Shown: positions 57,510 to 63,458 of the stretch, piece after piece
Layout of the letters: each line of letters starts with the position of its first letter
Numbering within the stretch: the stretch's first letter is position 1
Source: Chloroflexota bacterium
GTDB taxonomy: Bacteria; Chloroflexota; Dehalococcoidia; SHYB01
Direction of reading: 5' to 3'
DNA length: 63,458 bases
NCBI GenBank assembly: GCA_022572465.1
Contig: JACZVV010000003.1
Coordinates: 1-63,458 of the forward strand
Notes under the pieces: generated by a model
The model's input: only the letters and a program-made list of their open reading frames with translations
What the model was told of the DNA's origin: nothing
The model's database searches: none
Translations under genes and position numbers: made by a program

Positions 57510-59033
57510 CTATAGCGTGTCGGTCATGCCCTTCAGGCCCTCGCCCACCGCCAACCATCGCTGATAGTGCTCCTCGTACTCCAACTGCATCACCGGGTCA
57601 GGCGTCACCGGCGGGGCAAGCCTGGCCATCGCCTTGGCGGCGGCGCGGAGGTCTGCGTAGGCCCCAACGCCCACCGCGGCGGCCATCGCCGCGCCCAGGC
57701 TCGTCACCTCGTGGGCGCGAGGTCGCTGGATCTCCCTCCCCAGGCAGTCGGCGACGATCCGCCGGAACGTGGCGCTGCGGGCCATGCCGCCGCCGAGGGC
57801 GACCTGTTCCGCCCCGGCTCCCACGATGCTCTCCAGCTGGGCCACGTTGGCTTTGATCGCGAAGGCGACGTTCTCCATGACGGCCCGCACGAGCTGGCCC
57901 CGGTCGATGGGGCCGGTGGGCGAAGGCACCGGGAAGAGGAGACCGCCCCAACGGGGCCCCGGATCCCGCATGTGGGCCAGGCGCGGGCCCACGAAGGCCA
58001 GCACGCCATCCGAGCCCGCCGGCGAGCGCGCCGCCATCCGCTCGATGGCGCGAAAATCTCGAGCCGTGGCGCCCGGCGCGACGGTCTCGACGACCCATTC
58101 GAACGCGGTGCCCGCCTGCCCGATGTTGCTCTCCAGGACCCACGTGCCGGGCAACAGGTGCAAGCTGCTCCACGTGCGACGTTCGTCGTCGAGCACCAGG
58201 CGGTCCAGCGCCATCTGCACCGGCGCTGTCGAGCCGGCGACGATACCCACCTGGCCGGCGCCGACGACGCCCATGCCCAGAAGTCCGCACTGGGTGTCGG
58301 GCCCGCCCGCGACCACCGGCGTCCCGCGAGGCAGCCCGGTTCGAGAGGCGGCGCTTTCGCCGATCTCGCCAACGGGCTGACCGGCCTCGACCAGGCGCGG
58401 AAGAATGCCGCCGGGCACGCCAAGACGTTGAAGCAGGTCCGTCGCCGGGTCGCCTCGGGCCACGTCCAGCATACCGATCTCCGCCGCCGCCGAGCGCTCG
58501 ATCACCGGCTCGCCGCTCAGCTTGAACAATATCCAGGAGTCCAGGCTGAGAACGGTCCGGATGCGCTCGAATAGCTCGGGTTGGTGGAGCCGAAACCACC
58601 GCAGCTTGGCGGGAACGAAGAGAAGGGACGGGACGTGGCCGGTGACGCGGTAGACCTCGTCTCCATGCTCGTCGTCGATGGCCTGGCCCTCGAAAAACGC
58701 TCGGGCGTCCGAGTTGGGGCCGGCGTAGAGCTCCACGCCGTCGGCGTCGAGAAGGACGATCCCCTCCCGCTGGCTGGTGGCGGTGACCGCGGCCACCTGC
58801 CGGGGCCGCACGCCGGCATCTCTCAGCGCCGACCTCACCAGCCGGGCGATCAGCTCCCACGTGCGCTTCGGATCGATGGCCCGGCCAACGGGCGCCAGCT
58901 CTTCGACGACGTCGGGCGCCCACTCGGCGAGGCTCAGGCCGGCGATCCGGCCCCGCAGGTCGACCACCAGGCAGCGGAGGCGGCTGCTCCCCATATCGAT
59001 AGCCACGACGTGGCGTTCGTCAGGCCGGGCCAT
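57510..59033 (-). CDS. FGGY-family carbohydrate kinase (LsrK/XylB-like)
   Basis: IDMGSS, ATSQREG, NSDARA, GGPDTQ, RAVMENVA, GGGMARS, TSLGAA. Confidence 0.9.
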   Translation of the reverse strand: MARPDERHVVAIDMGSSRLRCLVVDLRGRIAGLSLAEWAPDVVEELAPVGRAIDPKRTWELIARLVRSALRDAGVRPRQVAAVTATSQREGIVLLDADGVELYAGPNSDARAFFEGQAIDDEHGDEVYRVTGHVPSLLFVPAKLRWFRLHQPELFERIRTVLSLDSWILFKLSGEPVIERSAAAEIGMLDVARGDPATDLLQRLGVPGGILPRLVEAGQPVGEIGESAASRTGLPRGTPVVAGGPDTQCGLLGMGVVGAGQVGIVAGSTAPVQMALDRLVLDDERRTWSSLHLLPGTWVLESNIGQAGTAFEWVVETVAPGATARDFRAIERMAARSPAGSDGVLAFVGPRLAHMRDPGPRWGGLLFPVPSPTGPIDRGQLVRAVMENVAFAIKANVAQLESIVGAGAEQVALGGGMARSATFRRIVADCLGREIQRPRAHEVTSLGAAMAAAVGVGAYADLRAAAKAMARLAPPVTPDPVMQLEYEEHYQRWLAVGEGLKGMTDTL

Positions 59034-60051
59034 CCGTGACCCTCTGACGCCTCGATTGGCGTCGCTCCCACGCCTCGGGATTCACCAGGCGCACCGGCCG
59101 CCGGCCTTGCACGGCCAGCAGCACGTCCTCGGCGATCATGGCCGACTGGCGCTCGACGGTCTCGTCGGTCGCGCCCCCGATGTGCGGCGTCAGGACCACA
59201 TTTTGAAACAGCCGGAGGCGGCTGCTCTCCGGCAGCGGGTGGCCTTCGAACACGTCCAAAGCCGCGCCGGCGATGCTCCCCTGCTCCAACGCCTGGGTCA
59301 GCGCCGCTTCGTCGACGACGCCGGCGGCGGAGCTGTTGACCAGATAGGCCGTGGACTTCATCGCCGCCAGCTGAGGACCGGCGATCATGCCCATGGTCTC
59401 TTCGTTCGCCGTGGCATGGACGAGGACGTAGTCGGACTGGGCCAGCAGGTCCTCCAGGCTAACGGGCGTCGCGCCGATCTCTTGAATCCGCTCCGGTTCG
59501 AGAAAGGGATCGTGGGCGCAGAGGCGCATCTCCATGGCGAGCAGCCGGCGGGCGACCAACCTGCCGATGGCGCCCAGGCCGACGATGCCCGCCGTCTTGC
59601 CCGCCAGCTCCGTTCCCCGAAACGCCCGGTAGCCGCCGATGGGGTCGTCCCAACGCCCCGCCTTCACGTAGGCGTCGGCGTCGGCGATGCGGTGAGCCAG
59701 CGCCAGCATGAGCCCAACCGTCATCTCGGCGACGGAGATGGCGTTCCTCCCCGGTGCGTTGACCACCAGGATGCCTCGATCGGTCGCGGCGTCGACGTCC
59801 ACGTGGTTCAGAGCGTTGCGGCAGATGCCGATCAGCTCCAGCTCCGGCGCCTGTTCCATCGTCTCCTCGAACACGAAGTCGCCTTCGACCACCAGGAAGT
59901 GGATGCTTTCCCGGCGCAAGCGCCGCGCCAGCTCCTCGGGGTCGTAAAGGAGGGCGCTATCCAGCCAGCTCTCGTAGCTGACGCGGACCGATCGCCGCAG
60001 CCGTTGCAGATGCCGGTCCGAGAAGGGCGCCAGGATGAGGGCGTTCTTCAT
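59020..60051 (-). CDS. D-isomer-specific 2-hydroxyacid dehydrogenase (SerA-like)
   Basis: NAPGRNAISVAE, ELAGKTAGIVGLGAIG, GAALDVF, TPHIGGAT; ATGA overlap with hpnE. Confidence 0.9.
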   Translation of the reverse strand: MKNALILAPFSDRHLQRLRRSVRVSYESWLDSALLYDPEELARRLRRESIHFLVVEGDFVFEETMEQAPELELIGICRNALNHVDVDAATDRGILVVNAPGRNAISVAEMTVGLMLALAHRIADADAYVKAGRWDDPIGGYRAFRGTELAGKTAGIVGLGAIGRLVARRLLAMEMRLCAHDPFLEPERIQEIGATPVSLEDLLAQSDYVLVHATANEETMGMIAGPQLAAMKSTAYLVNSSAAGVVDEAALTQALEQGSIAGAALDVFEGHPLPESSRLRLFQNVVLTPHIGGATDETVERQSAMIAEDVLLAVQGRRPVRLVNPEAWERRQSRRQRVTDGPA

Positions 60052-61421
60052 GCCGCTGTCGCGATCGCCCGGGCCGCGTTTTCGCCGCTGCGCACGGCGC
60101 TCTCCATGGTGGAAGGCCAGCCGGTGTCGGTCCACGCGCCGGCCAGGAACAGATTTCGTACCGGAGTCCTGGACGGCAGCCGGTAGGCGGCCGATCCGGG
60201 CCGGGGCGCGAACGTAGCGTAGCGCTCTCGCACGACGATGAACCGGGTCACCGACGCCTCGCCCGTCGCCGGAATGGCCCGGCGCAGCTCGTCGACCACC
60301 AACCGGTACAGCTGGTCTTTGGGCATGTCGATGAACTTGTGGGCGGCGCTGAGCGAGATGCACAAGCGCTGCCCCTGGCCGCCGTCCTCGCCGTAGATCG
60401 CCGTCTTGTTGAAAACCCACTGGACGTCGTTGTCCAGGAAAGCGGCAAACTCCAGATCGGTCACCTGGCGATCGAACCACAGGTGAACGTTGACGATGGG
60501 CGACATGGCCAGCCGGCTGGCGCGGTCGAAGAACTCGTGCTTGCGCAGCGTCTCGGGAAGCAGCTTGCCCAGCTGCCGAGGCGGCACCGCGAGGAGATAG
60601 GCGTCGGCTCCGATGGACGGACCGCTGTAGAGCCGCGCGCACCGGATGCCCTGCTGGTCGCCTTCGAGGCTTTGGAGGCTCTTGCCAACGATCACCTTGC
60701 CGCCCCGCTGCTCGATATACCGTTGGGCCTCGCCCGCGAGGAGGCTCGAGAGGCCAACGGTCGCGTACCCGATATCCGCCGCGTGACGGCCGCCAAGGAA
60801 GCCGTCCTGGAAGACCATGATGGCCTGGGATGCGCTGACCCGCCGGGAATCGTCGTTGCACACCGGCAGAATGATCAGGTCCCAGAAGGCCTCGATCGCC
60901 CGGGCCGACTGGCCCCGCGCCGACAGCCAATCGCAAAAGCTGATGCCGTCCAGCTCCTTCCGCCGGCCCTCCGACATGCGCCGTATGGCGAAGGCCGCTC
61001 GCGCGATCGCCGCTTTGTCGCCCCAGCTCAGGTGCCGGTAGCGCAGGAACGACAACACCAGGTGAAACGGCGCAGGCAACATCGAGCTGTACAGGGCCGA
61101 GGGCCGGCGCTGGGCGTCGTAGACGGTGACGCGCATGCGGGATTGAAGGTAGGTCTTGTGCCGGACGTTCAGGCGGTCGAGGAGGCCGATGTACGCGGTG
61201 CAGGACTTCATGAAGATGTGCTGTCCGTTGTCGACCTCGGAGTCCGTCTGTTTGTCGAAGAAGGAATAGGTTCGCCCGCCGAGAAAAGGACGCTTTTCGA
61301 GAAGGGTCACTCGGTGGCCCAAATCGGCCAGCTCGCAGGCGGCCGAGATGCCGGCCAGCCCGCCGCCTACGACGAGGACCGTCCCAGCGGCAGCAGGCCC
61401 TTGAGCGTCGTTGTCATCCAT
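60048..61421 (-). CDS. hpnE: Hydroxysqualene dehydroxylase
   Basis: VVGGGLAG, LGGRTYSF, VDNGQH, SPIVNVHLW, ERYATF, LAGAWTDTGWPSTMESAVRSG. Confidence 0.9.
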   Translation of the reverse strand: MDDNDAQGPAAAGTVLVVGGGLAGISAACELADLGHRVTLLEKRPFLGGRTYSFFDKQTDSEVDNGQHIFMKSCTAYIGLLDRLNVRHKTYLQSRMRVTVYDAQRRPSALYSSMLPAPFHLVLSFLRYRHLSWGDKAAIARAAFAIRRMSEGRRKELDGISFCDWLSARGQSARAIEAFWDLIILPVCNDDSRRVSASQAIMVFQDGFLGGRHAADIGYATVGLSSLLAGEAQRYIEQRGGKVIVGKSLQSLEGDQQGIRCARLYSGPSIGADAYLLAVPPRQLGKLLPETLRKHEFFDRASRLAMSPIVNVHLWFDRQVTDLEFAAFLDNDVQWVFNKTAIYGEDGGQGQRLCISLSAAHKFIDMPKDQLYRLVVDELRRAIPATGEASVTRFIVVRERYATFAPRPGSAAYRLPSRTPVRNLFLAGAWTDTGWPSTMESAVRSGENAARAIATAA

Positions 61422-62272
61422 AGCTTCCCGGCGAGCCATAATTTCTCTCGAGCGGCCAGGCTGACCCGGCCCTGGTACACGTCGAAACCTCGCGCTTCTA
61501 TCCGGCGCAAGACCTCACTATAGAGGCCCCGCAATATCGCGGGGCACACCCTGGTGCGCAGCGGCACCAGCGGCAGCAGCCGGCCACCTTCGTCGAAGTA
61601 ATGCCGCGCCCGTTGCGCCTGGTGCTTCATCAGCTCGACGAAGGGCTCGTTCGTCACGCCTCCAAAGAGGTCCGACTCGGCGTAGCCGAACCGGCGCAGC
61701 TCGTCCAACGGCAGGTAGATGCGGCCCTGCTCCGCATCCTCTTTCACGTCGCGCATGATGTTGACCAACTGCATGGCCAGGCCCAGCGCGATGGCGTGCT
61801 CCTTGGCCTTGGGGTCCGAGTAGCCGAAGATCTCGATGCAGATGAGGCCCACCACCGAGGCGACCTGGTAGCAGTACCGGTACAGGTCGTCGAAGGTCTC
61901 GTACCGGCTCACGGTCAGGTCCATGAGCACGCCATCGATGAGGCTGTCGAAGTACTCGCGGGGAATGCCGTAACGTTCGATGGCATCGGCCAGGGCCGTG
62001 AAGACCGGCCCGGAAGGACGGCCGTCGAAGGTCTCATGGAGCGTGCGCCGGTGGCCCTCCAGCAGCTCCAGCTTGCGCTGGTTCTCGGTGGGCTCGTCGG
62101 CGTAGTCGTCGCAGGCTCGACTGAAGGCGTAGGCGGCGTAGATGGCCTGGCGCTGTGGGCGAGGCAAGGGGAAGAACGCGTAGTAGAAGTTCCCCGCGCG
62201 CTCTTTCGTCAGGGCCTCGCAATACCGGTAGCTCTCCTCCACGGCGCCATCCCGGCGCGCGACGCTAGCCAT
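61367..62272 (-). CDS. hpnD: Presqualene diphosphate synthase
   Basis: NFYYAF, YAFSRACDDYAD, YCYQVASVVG, QLVNIMRDVKED, GRIYLP. Confidence 0.88.
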   Translation of the reverse strand: MASVARRDGAVEESYRYCEALTKERAGNFYYAFFPLPRPQRQAIYAAYAFSRACDDYADEPTENQRKLELLEGHRRTLHETFDGRPSGPVFTALADAIERYGIPREYFDSLIDGVLMDLTVSRYETFDDLYRYCYQVASVVGLICIEIFGYSDPKAKEHAIALGLAMQLVNIMRDVKEDAEQGRIYLPLDELRRFGYAESDLFGGVTNEPFVELMKHQAQRARHYFDEGGRLLPLVPLRTRVCPAILRGLYSEVLRRIEARGFDVYQGRVSLAAREKLWLAGKLWMTTTLKGLLPLGRSSS

Positions 62273-63161
62273 GGCCGCGCCCGCCCGTGAAGCGCTGCGC
62301 CGCGAGTCGGACCGTCGCGGACGCCATCAGCCGCAGCTTCCTGGCCTTGGAGACCACCGGCCGGCGCGACAGCACGTCGTAGTCCTGCTTCTCGATGGCG
62401 TCTAGAACGGACATGCCGCCCATCGTGAAGAGCTTCAGGTCCACCCGCAGCTCGCCGTCGACCATGTCGACCAGCTTCACGCCCTCACGAAACAGCTCTC
62501 TCGCCCGGTCGACCTCGAAGGCCATCAGGCTCCGGAAGCGGTCGTTGACCACGCCGGCTTGGAGCTCGCTCTCCGAGTAGTCGAAGCGCGCCATGTCCTC
62601 CAGAGGGAGGTAGATACGGCCCATGTCGAAATCGCGTCGCACATCCTGCCAGAAGTTCGCCAGCTGCAACGCGGTGCAGGTGGCGTCGGACAGCCGCTGG
62701 CGCTCCTCGTCGTTGTAGCCGAAGACGGAGAGCACCATCCGGCCGACGGGGTTGGCCGAGTGATCGCAGTAGTGGAGAAGATCGTCGTAGGCCGGGTACC
62801 GTTGGGTGCGCTGGTCCATGCGGTTGGCCTCGACGAGCTTGAGGAAGGGACTCAACGGCATGGCGTGCTCTTCGATGGTCCGCTGAAGGGCCTGCAGTAT
62901 CGGGTGGCGAGGAGCGCCGTCGACGGTCCGGCGGAGGTCGTCCTCCCATTCGTCCAGCAGCGCCAGGCGGTCGCCCTCGGCCTCGTCTCCCAGGTCGTCG
63001 GTGTGGCGGCAAAAGGCGTAGACGCTATACATGGCGTGCCGCAGCCGCCGGGGGAGGAAGCGCGTGACGACGCTGAAGTTCTCGTAATGGGACCTGGCGA
63101 GGCCCTCGCAATAGGAGTAGGCCTCGTCGAGGCTCGTCGTGGGGGCGGCGGTCTGTGCCAT
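62265..63161 (-). CDS. hpnC: Hydroxysqualene synthase
   Basis: SHYENFSV, TDDLGDE, YCDHSANPVGR, CTALQLANFWQD. Confidence 0.93.
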   Translation of the reverse strand: MAQTAAPTTSLDEAYSYCEGLARSHYENFSVVTRFLPRRLRHAMYSVYAFCRHTDDLGDEAEGDRLALLDEWEDDLRRTVDGAPRHPILQALQRTIEEHAMPLSPFLKLVEANRMDQRTQRYPAYDDLLHYCDHSANPVGRMVLSVFGYNDEERQRLSDATCTALQLANFWQDVRRDFDMGRIYLPLEDMARFDYSESELQAGVVNDRFRSLMAFEVDRARELFREGVKLVDMVDGELRVDLKLFTMGGMSVLDAIEKQDYDVLSRRPVVSKARKLRLMASATVRLAAQRFTGGRGHG

Positions 63162-63196
63162 GACAGTGGTAGTGTACGACCGAGGGGGGCCGGACG

Positions 63197-63458
63197 CTAC
63201 CCGCCCCATCGCTTCTCGACGTACTCTTCGACCATGTGAACGAAATCGGTGGCGATGCCTGCGCCTTCGAGAAAGCCCACTCGCTCGCCGTCGACGAAGA
63301 CCGGGGCCCGCGGCGACTCGCCGCTGCCCGGCAGCGATATCCCGATGTGGGCCGCCCTCGACTCTCCCGGCCCGTTGACGACACACCCCATGACGGCGAC
63401 CTTCAACTCCTCGGAGCCGGGGTATCGTTCCCGCCATTCCGGCAGCAGTTCGTCGAGG
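63197..63458 (-). CDS. ispG: HMBPP synthase, 3' end only (runs off the window)
   Basis: [40 protein letters not shown]. Confidence 0.93.
   Translation of the reverse strand, partial: LDELLPEWRERYPGSEELKVAVMGCVVNGPGESRAAHIGISLPGSGESPRAPVFVDGERVGFLEGAGIATDFVHMVEEYVEKRWGG

Noticed and set aside
1-63458. Selenoproteins by UGA read-through, prompted by selA
   Set aside because: No gene appeared truncated at a Cys-equivalent TGA; IscA keeps its normal Cys motifs. A formal bacterial SECIS scan was not run.

Overview
High-GC chromosomal window with about 60 mostly housekeeping and metabolic genes. The gene content suggests Chloroflexota, probably Dehalococcoidia/SAR202-like (inference from F420-type luciferase-like oxidoreductases, paired family III CoA-transferases and a tandem-domain ThyX). 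It carries partial mutS2, selA, coaE, a NorQ/CbbQ AAA+ and vWA pair, cinA, def-cca-secD-secF, ygfZ-iscA-tRNA-Cys, mogA-trmD-rplS-priA, lipA-lpdA-pdhABC, thyX, an Aap/Bzt amino-acid ABC transporter, an orphan DNA methyltransferase, and ispG-hpnCDE coupled to a dehydrogenase and an FGGY kinase. No CRISPR array, integrase or transposase was seen. The most unusual signals are: (1) an 895-aa SecF whose single extracytoplasmic P4 domain appears expanded into about 9 tandem ~74-aa units, with a visible 4-unit block duplication and an Asp-to-Asn change in a proton-conducting helix; (2) four intergenic clusters of a palindromic repeat built on GYGGCTNAGCCRC; (3) a mosaic thyX whose second domain lies in a ~48% GC patch; (4) an 89-aa duplication in PriA; (5) a lone low-GC HNH nuclease gene. 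All calls come from motif recognition by eye; no database searches were run. Several start codons were moved from the ORF track to more plausible positions.
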